32,000 bases of DNA, taken from NCBI GenBank assembly GCA_030167145.1, contig CP126532.1:4770001-4802000 (forward strand). Reading direction: 5' to 3'. Shown piece by piece: positions 24,505-32,000 of this stretch; the stretch's first letter is position 1; every line of letters begins with the position of its first letter. The DNA comes from Ktedonobacterales bacterium (GTDB lineage: Bacteria; Chloroflexota; Ktedonobacteria; Ktedonobacterales; JADMIN01). The position numbers were made by a program, and so were the translations under genes. The notes under the pieces are model-generated. The model was not told where the DNA came from. It saw only the letters and a list, made by a program, of their open reading frames with translations, and searched no databases.

Positions 24505-25221
24505 CTAATCTAAGGGGGACTGGATGCTCACCGGCTGATCGAACTTGGAAAGGTAGAATGTCCGCACGGTAGCGCTGGTATCGCCAGTTAGCATCTGTCC
24601 GGTGAAGGCGATGGAATAGACCTGATTGTCGGATTTGCCGATACAGAATGTCGTTTGCTTTGGTTCGCCGATGACATTTGTGCCGAACAGCGGCTTCAAG
24701 TCTTGCTGCGAGAGCTGCCCGGATACTTTCCAGCAGGCTTGCCCATTTGCGCTGCCGTCTTGCGGCTGGCTGGGATTCTTCAGAGCCGTCAGCAGCCCGC
24801 CGATACCGTTCTGAGGATCGAAGACGGTCAGGAAGCTGCTGAATTGGGTGGTTTGCTCGAAGTTGCCAGTCAGCGGGTTGGTATACCACTCGTTCGACCC
24901 GATGATGACAAGATTGATCGTCGTCGAAGCGAAACCCGCATCCACCACTGCCGAGGCGCTAACTTTATCTGGTCGCTCGACATCGCCGGTCGCCGATGTG
25001 ACGCTGTAGCCACCGGTGGGCGGCTTGCCAGCGTGCTCGACCGTCATGACGAAGTGCAGTGTTTTGGTGCTGTTGAACTTTGTCTGAGCGTTCTTGAGAA
25101 GTGTGGTCGCGTTGGGCGCGTTTGGCCCACCGCAGGCCGCGAGGGCACATACCACCATCACCAGTATCGCTATCGCCATGCCCCCGCCCACGCCTCGCAC
25201 ATGAAACCGTTCGCGCCACAT
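24505..25221 (-). CDS. LppX/LprG (LprAFG) family lipoprotein
   Basis: Signal peptide MWRERFHVRGVGGGMAIAILVMVVCALAAC with lipobox LAAC. The mature part is colinear with LprG from memory (AQTKFNSTKTLHFVMTV..., ATGDV..., FDPQNGIGGLL..., WKVSGQLS..., YLSKFDQPVSIQSP). ATG 25221 has AGAGGGGG upstream. Confidence 0.75.
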   Translation of the reverse strand: MWRERFHVRGVGGGMAIAILVMVVCALAACGGPNAPNATTLLKNAQTKFNSTKTLHFVMTVEHAGKPPTGGYSVTSATGDVERPDKVSASAVVDAGFASTTINLVIIGSNEWYTNPLTGNFEQTTQFSSFLTVFDPQNGIGGLLTALKNPSQPQDGSANGQACWKVSGQLSQQDLKPLFGTNVIGEPKQTTFCIGKSDNQVYSIAFTGQMLTGDTSATVRTFYLSKFDQPVSIQSPLD

Positions 25222-25377
25222 GCCGATATACCCCCTCTGTATTCCCGCGACTCCGCACCCGACAATACCGGCGCGTTGACGCGCAACCTGCTCGCCGCTG
25301 CCATTATCACCGGCAAGTGGTGGCGCGTCAATGGCGTATATCCTCGTCAACCTGCATCGCAGGACGCCGGGCCGACT

Positions 25378-25704
25378 TTAGGCCAATTGGAGGAAGTTCA
25401 GAATCTGGCCGTCTGGGTCTTTGATGGCGAAGGTGCGGCCAAACGGCATGTCGGTGGGTGGGGTTACGACCTCAACTAACTGTGCCACGAGCGCGGCGAA
25501 GGTCGCGTCAGCGTCATCTACGTACCACCATAGCTCAGGCTCTTTGGCTGTTGTCGCGGTTTCCTGGCCCAGCGCCAGATATGCGCCTTGTCCGTTGGAT
25601 TGCGCGAACTGGACGAATGACGGCGCCTCAGCTTCGACGGCGAAGCCCAGCTTCTGCGTGTAGAAGGCGCGCGCCGCCGCTACGTCTGGCACGTGCAGAA
25701 ACAC
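25378..25704 (-). CDS. VOC (glyoxalase/bleomycin-resistance/dioxygenase) family protein; the 5' end may be frameshifted
   Basis: FLHVPDVAAARAFYTQKLGF...FAIKDPDGQILNFLQ. The only in-frame start is GTG 25704, which has no SD. A strong GGAGGA-10 nt-ATG (25757) is in a different frame. Confidence 0.6.
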   Translation of the reverse strand: MFLHVPDVAAARAFYTQKLGFAVEAEAPSFVQFAQSNGQGAYLALGQETATTAKEPELWWYVDDADATFAALVAQLVEVVTPPTDMPFGRTFAIKDPDGQILNFLQLA

Positions 25705-25855
25705 GAATTGTGCAGTCCGTTGGTGCTGATGCGTGTGTTCATGCTGGTGTCACTCATAATTGTGTGTTCCTCCGGTTCTCAATTACCTGTACGTTCGCGG
25801 ACGTTCACAGATGTTCCCACGTCCATCCTCAGTATGACCGGAGCGAGTGACAACC

Positions 25856-26824
25856 CTATGGCAACAGTGTTTTGGGGGTTAATGAATTCTCCAAAATTGC
25901 ATGGGCCTCATCGGCGACACGACGGAGAAAGGACGTCGGCTCCAGTACGCGCACATGTCGCCCCCAACTCAGCACCCATTGCAGGATCTCGTCTTCGCGA
26001 ACTACGTGCAGTGTCACGAGCAAGCCGTTGGGCGCATCTTCTTCGGCAATGGCGAAGAATGAGGGCGCTTCGCGTACCCAACGGGCGACCTCCTCGTCGA
26101 ACAGCAGGCGCACGTCAAAGCTGCCTGGCTCGAAGAGGTTGCGCCGCTGCATCTGAAAGTTTGCTGGGCGTATGAAATGCTCTTCCCCAATGGTCAAATC
26201 TTCGATGCGGTCCAGGCGAAAGTTGCGAATGCCGCGGCGCAGATGGCAATAGGCTGAGAGATACCAGGCGTTGCCAACGTGGGTAAGGGCGTAGGGATCG
26301 GCTTCGCGGAAGTTGGGGGTGCGGGTGGCGCTGGAGGGATGCCGTGTGTGATAGCGAAAGCGTACCGTGACGCGATCTAGAATGGCGCGCCGGAAGTGCT
26401 GAAGTTTGGTCGCCAGATCGGGCCGGACACCAATGCCGCCGACGATGAAGGTGATGCTGTTCCGCAGCGATGCGACCTCGTCGCGTCGCTTTTCCGGCAG
26501 AACGCCGGTGATCTTGCGACTGGCGGATTGCGCGGCGGCGCGGTACTGGGCGTCGAAGCTCTGCGCCATCACGTCCGCGCCAAGCAGCAGCATCATCGCC
26601 TCATCAGCGCCGAAGCTGAGCGGCGGCAGAAAATAGCCTTCTACCAGTGAGTAGCCCCGGCCAGGCATAGAGATAATGGGAACTCCCGCCTGGCCCAGCG
26701 CCTGAAGGTCGCGGTAGATGGTGCGCTTGCTGATCTCAAAAGTGAGGGCAAGGTCTTGGGCGCGCTGCCAGCGTTTCGCTTGAAGCTCTAGAACGATGGC
26801 GAGAAGCCGGTCCGTGCGATTCAT
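25856..26824 (-). CDS. YafY-family transcriptional regulator (HTH + WYL domain)
   Basis: N-terminal MNRTDRLLAIVLELQAKRWQRAQDLALTFEISKRTIYRDLQALGQAGVPI, and a WYL-domain segment GNAWYLSAYCHLRRGIRNFRLDRI. Confidence 0.85.
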   Translation of the reverse strand: MNRTDRLLAIVLELQAKRWQRAQDLALTFEISKRTIYRDLQALGQAGVPIISMPGRGYSLVEGYFLPPLSFGADEAMMLLLGADVMAQSFDAQYRAAAQSASRKITGVLPEKRRDEVASLRNSITFIVGGIGVRPDLATKLQHFRRAILDRVTVRFRYHTRHPSSATRTPNFREADPYALTHVGNAWYLSAYCHLRRGIRNFRLDRIEDLTIGEEHFIRPANFQMQRRNLFEPGSFDVRLLFDEEVARWVREAPSFFAIAEEDAPNGLLVTLHVVREDEILQWVLSWGRHVRVLEPTSFLRRVADEAHAILENSLTPKTLLP

Positions 26825-26848
26825 GAGCGCCTCGACATCAGCCGCCGA

Positions 26849-27619
26849 TTATTCCCACTTGAAGGTCAGCGCTGCGGCGGCCACCAGCACGATACTCCAG
26901 CCTACCAGCAGCAAAATGCTGCCTATTTGTACTGGCTGCCCACTCATCGTGGTGCGCAACGACTCGCTGAGCGCGGCTGGTGGCAGAATCGCCGCGAGTT
27001 GCGCTAGCCCTGGCGGCAAGTGATCTACGGGAAGGAAGATGCCGCCAATGGCAAGGAAGATGACATACAGGCCGTTCGCGCCAGCCAGCGTCGCCTCAGC
27101 GCGTAATGCGCCGGCCATCAGCATGCCCAGCGCGGAAAATGCGATTGTGCCCAGCAGGATGATTGGTAGTGCGCCCCAGATGGATCCCGCTGGTCGCCAG
27201 CCATAGAAGACAACGGCCAGCAGGATGAGCAGGACAATCTGGACTACTTCGAGCGCCAGCACCGAAAGCGTTTTGGCAACAAGCAATCCCCAGCGTGGCA
27301 GCGGTGAGCTGCCCAAACGTTTGAGCACGCCATAGTACCGCTCATACGCTGTGGCGATGCCCAGGCTCACCATGCCGGTCGAGATGATCGCCACGGCGAT
27401 GATACCCGGCAAGAGGAAGTTGATCTGGCTGCCCGCAATAGGCGGCACGGTAATCAGGCGACCGAAAAAGACCAGGAAGATGACAGGCAAGATGATCGTT
27501 ACCAGCAGCGATTCGCCCCGGCGGAGCGTCATCGTAAGCTCGGCGCGAGTCTGCGCCAGGATGCGCTGCGAGAGCGGAGCCGCGCCGGTGGTCGAGGAGG
27601 GTGATGATATGGCGCTCAC
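26849..27619 (-). CDS. ABC-2 type transporter permease
   Basis: 256 aa with six TM segments. Its GTG start overlaps the ATPase stop (GTGA). Confidence 0.85.
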   Translation of the reverse strand: MSAISSPSSTTGAAPLSQRILAQTRAELTMTLRRGESLLVTIILPVIFLVFFGRLITVPPIAGSQINFLLPGIIAVAIISTGMVSLGIATAYERYYGVLKRLGSSPLPRWGLLVAKTLSVLALEVVQIVLLILLAVVFYGWRPAGSIWGALPIILLGTIAFSALGMLMAGALRAEATLAGANGLYVIFLAIGGIFLPVDHLPPGLAQLAAILPPAALSESLRTTMSGQPVQIGSILLLVGWSIVLVAAAALTFKWE

Positions 27620-28599
27620 TCGCGAATTTCCTTTCCCGTGACCCGCAGGAAGACATCTTCAAGCGACGAGCGACCCACGCGCAATTCGATCAGGTCGGCG
27701 TTTTTCTCGCGCAGCATTTGGGTGAGCGCAACCAGCAGCGTGCGCGCATCGCCAGTTTCGATGACGTACTTCCCTGGGGCGGTCTCGCGTGCGCCGCGTG
27801 CGGCGTCTAGCTTGCCCAATGCGCCCACGTCCAGGCCGGGGGTCGCCGTAACGTAGACTTCGGTGGTCGTGGTAGATTGCTCACGGGTCAATCCGGCTGG
27901 CGTATCTAGCGCGATGAGGTCGCCGTTATCTATGATGGCGATGCGGTCGGCGAGACGCTCCGCCTCATCCATGAAATGTGTGGTGAGCAGGACGGTGGCG
28001 CCGCGTTCTTTCAGATTAGTGATGATGTCCCAGGTCGCGCGCCGCGCCTGCGGATCCATTCCCGTGGTTGGCTCATCCAGAAAGAGTAGTTTTGGTTTGC
28101 CGATCAGGGCGACGGCGAGCGCCAGGCGGCGTTTCTGCCCGCCGGAAAGCTGGCGGCAGCGTGTGCCTGCCGCATCGGTCAGGCCGACAAGGCGCAGCAA
28201 GTCCGTTGGATTTTCTGGTTCGGCGAAGAACTTGCCGAAGAGGTTCAGCACTTCCCCGGCGCGCAGACTCGGATATAAGCCATCCTGTTGGAGCATCACA
28301 CCGATCTGCGGCTTCAATGCCGTCGCGTCGCGCAGCGGGTCCAGCCCCAGCACACGCGCGCTGCCACCGTCGGCGGAGCGATAGCCTTCTAGGACCTCGA
28401 TGGTGCTGGTTTTGCCCGCGCCATTTGGCCCAAGCAGCGCGAAGACCTCGCCGCGCCGGACGGTGAAACTGAGGTTGCGCACGGCTACCTGTGCGCCGTA
28501 CCTCTTGACCAGCCCTGCCACCGCAATCGCGGTGTCCGTGCCTGCTTTGTCGCCTACCGGCGAGCGACCACTGGCGGCACGTGTATTCGCTGTACTCAT
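27616..28599 (-). CDS. ABC transporter ATP-binding protein (DrrA-like exporter ATPase)
   Basis: Walker A GPNGAGKTS, signature LSGGQKRRL, Walker B LLFLDEPTTGMD. ATG 28599 has GGAAGG upstream. Confidence 0.9.
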   Translation of the reverse strand: MSTANTRAASGRSPVGDKAGTDTAIAVAGLVKRYGAQVAVRNLSFTVRRGEVFALLGPNGAGKTSTIEVLEGYRSADGGSARVLGLDPLRDATALKPQIGVMLQQDGLYPSLRAGEVLNLFGKFFAEPENPTDLLRLVGLTDAAGTRCRQLSGGQKRRLALAVALIGKPKLLFLDEPTTGMDPQARRATWDIITNLKERGATVLLTTHFMDEAERLADRIAIIDNGDLIALDTPAGLTREQSTTTTEVYVTATPGLDVGALGKLDAARGARETAPGKYVIETGDARTLLVALTQMLREKNADLIELRVGRSSLEDVFLRVTGKEIRE

Positions 28600-28759
28600 T
28601 AAGCCTTCCAATAGGTAAAAGATACCGATGTGTAGCGCATTGGACCTAGCGCAAGCCTTGAGCGGCTTGCAGTATCCGCAATCTGTACGATACGCGCGGA
28701 TGCCGTATCATGCAAGGAAGTAGCACCGGCGGCGAAAAGACAAGCGCCTTGTGGTTCGT

Positions 28760-28789
28760 TTGACCCTCTCCCGAACACAAGCCTATAAT
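28760..28789 (+). promoter_or_regulatory. Near-consensus sigma70-type promoter for the thiolase-mutase operon (TTGACC - 18 nt - TATAAT)
   Basis: TTGACC at 28760-28765 and TATAAT at 28784-28789, ~118 nt upstream of ATG 28907. Confidence 0.5.
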
Positions 28790-28839
28790 GCGGAAGATGA
28801 GCCAGTTGTGGGCTAATGAGGTAGCCCAATGCTTTCGAT

Positions 28840-28859
28840 ACGTTGCCAGACGTTGCCAG
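28840..28859. repeat. Perfect tandem 10-mer (ACGTTGCCAG x2) in the thiolase leader
   Basis: acgttgccag at 28840-28849 is repeated exactly at 28850-28859. It is flanked by hairpins TGGGCTA/TAGCCCA (28809-28828) and GGCGCGC/GCGCGCC (28862-28881). Confidence 0.8.
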
Positions 28860-28906
28860 CGGGCGCGCAATGGAGCGCGCCGTGATATTGAGCAAAGGAG
28901 CCAGCC

Positions 28907-30094
28907 ATGGCAGAGCATGACCCTGTTCTCGTCAGTGCGGTGCGCACTCCGATAGGTCGTTTTTTAGGCGCACTCTCGCCGCTGAGCGCCACCGCGCTCG
29001 GCGCGATTGCCATTCGCGAGGCGCTCCAACGCGCAGGCGCGCCTGTGGAGCAGATTGATGAAGTCATCATGGGCAATGTTGTCACCGCTGGTGAGGGCCA
29101 GGCACCCGCGCGGCAAGCCGCGCTGCATGGGGGCATCCCCGACGACGTGCCTGCCGTAACGATCAATAAGGTATGTGGCTCCGGCCTCAAGGCGGTGATG
29201 CTGGCGGCGCAGGCGATTAAAGCTGGTGACGGCGATCTGTATGTCGCGGGCGGCATGGAGAGCATGAGCAATGCACCCTACCTGCTGCCCAAGGCGCGTA
29301 CTGGCTATCGCATGGGTGACGGCGCGCTCATCGATTCGGTGGTGCGAGACGGCCTGTGGTGTGCCTTCGAAGGCGTGCATATGGGCGAAGAGGCCGAAAT
29401 AGTCGCCGATAAGTACAGCATCAGCCGTGAGGCGCAGGATCAGTTCGCCTATAGCAGCCACATGAAGGCGCAGGCCGCGACTGAGGCTGGCCGCTTTCTT
29501 GACGAAATCGTGCCGGTTGAGATCAAGCAGAAGAAAGGGGCTGCCGTCGTCGTGGAGCGCGATGAGTCTATTCGCCCCGACACCAGCATTGAGGCGCTGA
29601 GCAAGCTGAGTCCGGCGTTCCGCAAAGACGGCGGTACTGTTACGGCGGGCAACGCCCCTGGCCTGAACGATGGCGCATCTGCGACGGTCGTCGCAAGCGA
29701 GGCAAAGGCGAAAGAGTTGGGGCTGCCTGTGCTGGCGCGGATCACCGGCTATGCCGCCGCCGCCATCACACCGAAGTATATCTTCGCCTGCCCGCCGCGT
29801 GCTGTACGAAAACTGCTCGACCGCACGGGCATGAAAATGAGCGATTTCGACGTGATTGAAGTGAATGAGGCCTTTGCGGCGCAAGTGTTGGCGAACGGCA
29901 AAGAACTGGATTGGGATTGGGAGCGCGTGAATCCTAATGGCGGCGCGGTGGCGCTCGGTCATCCCATTGGCGCGAGTGGCGCGCGCGTGCTGACGACGCT
30001 GCTCTATGAACTGCGTCGGCGCGGCGGCGGGCGTGGGCTGGCGACGCTCTGCCTGGGCGGCGGCGGCGCTGTAGCGCTCTCGATTGAGGTATAG
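28907..30094 (+). CDS. Acetyl-CoA C-acetyltransferase (thiolase II)
   Basis: [17 protein letters not shown], the active-site [28 protein letters not shown] and [17 protein letters not shown] lies 8 nt upstream of the ATG. Confidence 0.9.
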   Translation: MAEHDPVLVSAVRTPIGRFLGALSPLSATALGAIAIREALQRAGAPVEQIDEVIMGNVVTAGEGQAPARQAALHGGIPDDVPAVTINKVCGSGLKAVMLAAQAIKAGDGDLYVAGGMESMSNAPYLLPKARTGYRMGDGALIDSVVRDGLWCAFEGVHMGEEAEIVADKYSISREAQDQFAYSSHMKAQAATEAGRFLDEIVPVEIKQKKGAAVVVERDESIRPDTSIEALSKLSPAFRKDGGTVTAGNAPGLNDGASATVVASEAKAKELGLPVLARITGYAAAAITPKYIFACPPRAVRKLLDRTGMKMSDFDVIEVNEAFAAQVLANGKELDWDWERVNPNGGAVALGHPIGASGARVLTTLLYELRRRGGGRGLATLCLGGGGAVALSIEV

Positions 30095-30116
30095 GCGGCA
30101 ACGGAGGAAAGTCACC

Positions 30117-31880
30117 ATGCTCGACCAGAAATCTCCCGCGACAGGGGCGGCTGAGGCGAACGGGACGGTCACATCCCCGCCGGAACAGGGCGATGGCGCG
30201 CTTTACGCAGCCGATGCCGTCGCGAAGGTCGCCGAGGCGCAGCGCCAGTGGGAAGCCACCAGCGTCGCGCAGAGTACGAAGCGAATGCCCGAACGAACCG
30301 CCGACTTCACCACGCAATCTGGCATGCCTATCAAACGACTGTACACCCCAGAGGATGTCGCCGGGCTAGATTATGCGCGCGACCTGAACTTCCCAGGCGA
30401 ATATCCGTATACACGCGGCGTGCAGCCGACGATGTATCGCGGCAAACCGTGGACGATGCGCATGTTTGCAGGCTTTGGCACCGCCGAGGAGACGAATGAG
30501 CGCTTCCACTATTTGCTGAATCAAGGGCAGATGGGCCTCTCGGTCGCCTTCGATATGGCGACGCTCTATGGCTACGATCACGACCACCCAATGGCGCTCG
30601 GAGAGTTCGGCAAGTGTGGCGTGGCGGTGTCGTCACTGGCCGACATGGAGATTCTTTTCCAGGGCATCCCGCTGGACAAAGTCACGACTTCGATGACTAT
30701 CAACAGTCCAGCGCCGGTGATCTGGGCGATGTATATCGCGGCGGCGGAGAAGCAGGGGGTGCCGATGGAGAAACTCGGCGGCACGCTCCAGAACGACATC
30801 CTGAAAGAATACATCGCGCAGAAGGAATTCCTCTTCCCCCCGGAGCCTTCGATGCGGCTGGTGGTAGATACCATCGAATTTGGCACACGCCACATGCCCC
30901 GCTGGAACACCGTCAGCATCAGCGGATACCACATTCGTGAGGCAGGCGCGACCGCCGTGCAAGAGTTGGCCTTCACGTTGGCGGACGGATTGGCCTATGT
31001 GGATGCGACGCTTGAGCGTGGCCTCAAGATTGACGAGTTCGCGCCCCGACTATCGTTCTTCTTCGACGTTCATAACGACTTCTTCGAGGAGATTGCCAAG
31101 TTCCGCGCTGCGCGTCGCATCTGGGCGCGTGAGATGCGCGAACACTATGACGCACAAGATCAGCGCTCGTGGATGCTACGGACGCACGCGCAAACTGCTG
31201 GTGTCTCGCTCACGGCCCAACAAGCGGAGATCAACGTCGCGCGTGTCGCCATCCAGGCGCTGGCGGCGGTGCTCGGTGGCACCAATTCGCTGCATACCAA
31301 CTCGCTCGATGAGGCGTTAGCGCTGCCCACGGAGAAAGCCGCGTTGATCGCGCTGCGCACGCAGCAGGTGATCGCGCATGAGAGTGGCATCACCAATACG
31401 GTGGATCCGCTCGCTGGCTCTTTCTTCATCGAAGCGCTGACCAATGAGACAGAGCGGCAAGCCACGGCATACATTCAGCAGATTCGCGAGCTGGGCGGCG
31501 TGTTGGAGTGTATTCGTAACGGCTTCTTCCAGAAGGAAATCGCCGAAGCGTCGTACCGACTCCAGCAGGAGGTCGAGGCAGGCGAGCGGATCATCGTTGG
31601 CGTCAACGATTATGTGATGGATGAGCAAACGCCGGTGCCGACTCTCTATGTGGATCCTGCCAAAGAGCGCATCCACCTGGAACGGTTGACCAGGGTGCGG
31701 AGCGAGCGCGACAACGAGCGGGTCGGCATGACACTCGCGGCGCTGGAAGCGGCAGCACGTGGCACAGAGAGCACGATGCCGTTCATTCTCGACGCGGTGC
31801 GCGCCTACGCTTCGCTTGGCGAAATCATGGGCGTCTTCCGCAAGGTCTTTGGTGACTACACCGAGGCAGTTGTGTACTAG
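30117..31880 (+). CDS. Adenosylcobalamin-dependent acyl-CoA mutase, large (substrate-binding) subunit without a B12-binding domain; active-site residues are isobutyryl-CoA-mutase-like (IcmA type)
   Basis: [71 protein letters not shown] and [18 protein letters not shown] lies 8 nt upstream of ATG 30117. The protein ends before any DxHxxG B12-binding domain. Confidence 0.9.
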   Translation: MLDQKSPATGAAEANGTVTSPPEQGDGALYAADAVAKVAEAQRQWEATSVAQSTKRMPERTADFTTQSGMPIKRLYTPEDVAGLDYARDLNFPGEYPYTRGVQPTMYRGKPWTMRMFAGFGTAEETNERFHYLLNQGQMGLSVAFDMATLYGYDHDHPMALGEFGKCGVAVSSLADMEILFQGIPLDKVTTSMTINSPAPVIWAMYIAAAEKQGVPMEKLGGTLQNDILKEYIAQKEFLFPPEPSMRLVVDTIEFGTRHMPRWNTVSISGYHIREAGATAVQELAFTLADGLAYVDATLERGLKIDEFAPRLSFFFDVHNDFFEEIAKFRAARRIWAREMREHYDAQDQRSWMLRTHAQTAGVSLTAQQAEINVARVAIQALAAVLGGTNSLHTNSLDEALALPTEKAALIALRTQQVIAHESGITNTVDPLAGSFFIEALTNETERQATAYIQQIRELGGVLECIRNGFFQKEIAEASYRLQQEVEAGERIIVGVNDYVMDEQTPVPTLYVDPAKERIHLERLTRVRSERDNERVGMTLAALEAAARGTESTMPFILDAVRAYASLGEIMGVFRKVFGDYTEAVVY

Positions 31881-32000
31881 GTGTGCCGTCCCTGGTTGTG
31901 GTGTCCGCCAGTCTGACGATTTCGCCACAAATGAACGAGGGCGACCAAGCGTACATTGCTGATCGCCCTCGTGCCGTGTAACCTGCGCTACTGCGCCCCT

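Noticed and set aside
31935-31972. 10-bp inverted repeat ACGAGGGCGA...TCGCCCTCGT after the mutase gene, as a possible intrinsic terminator
   Set aside because: The loop is 18 nt and no T-tract follows on either strand. The window ends 28 nt later, so its context cannot be judged.
1-32000. Searched for CRISPR arrays, tRNA/rRNA genes, transposases, integrases, phage genes and long inverted or terminal repeats
   Set aside because: None were seen:
- no regularly spaced repeats
- no T-loop-like GGTTCGA(A/G)TCC motif in any intergenic region
- no ORF with recombinase, transposase, nuclease or helicase motifs

The window looks like core chromosome rather than a mobile or defence island.

Overview
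GC-rich bacterial chromosomal window, densely coded on both strands with about 30 protein genes. I found no rRNA, tRNA, CRISPR array, transposase or integrase. All family assignments come from reading motifs in the supplied translations, not from a database search.

Most genes are housekeeping or core metabolism:
- an agmatinase-family 3' fragment and threonine dehydratase
- a minus-strand operon: FmdB zinc ribbon, dtd, rsmI, a kinase remnant, then a GH3 N-acetylhexosaminidase
- secG and a 7Fe-type ferredoxin
- a 2-oxoacid (pyruvate-type) dehydrogenase operon with E1alpha, E1beta and E2
- dnaE
- an LprG-like lipoprotein plus a 14-TM MFS pair
- an ABC-2 exporter operon ending in a WYL regulator
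- thiolase plus a B12-mutase large subunit

The strongest non-routine signal is a peroxiredoxin-like gene (10223-10732, minus strand) that the ORF track splits in two.
- The two halves are in frame and are interrupted by a single TGA.
- The TGA sits exactly where the first Cys of the (W)CxxC redox motif belongs.
- A 9-bp bulged stem-loop starts 3 nt after the TGA.
- Together these make it a candidate UxxC selenoprotein with a SECIS-like element, which automated annotation would miss or call a pseudogene.

Other points worth a second look:
- a truncated BadF-type sugar-kinase remnant upstream of the GH3 gene
- a VOC/glyoxalase gene whose strong SD+ATG is out of frame with its domain
- Phe/Gln active-site residues marking the mutase as isobutyryl-CoA-mutase-like rather than methylmalonyl-CoA mutase
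- a zinc-ribbon/PrsW-protease fusion translationally coupled to a membrane-anchored beta-rich protein
- an uncharacterised three-gene locus at 2839-5219
- several repeat or hairpin elements in promoter and leader regions

Gene starts were re-picked from Shine-Dalgarno context and are often shorter than the track ORFs.
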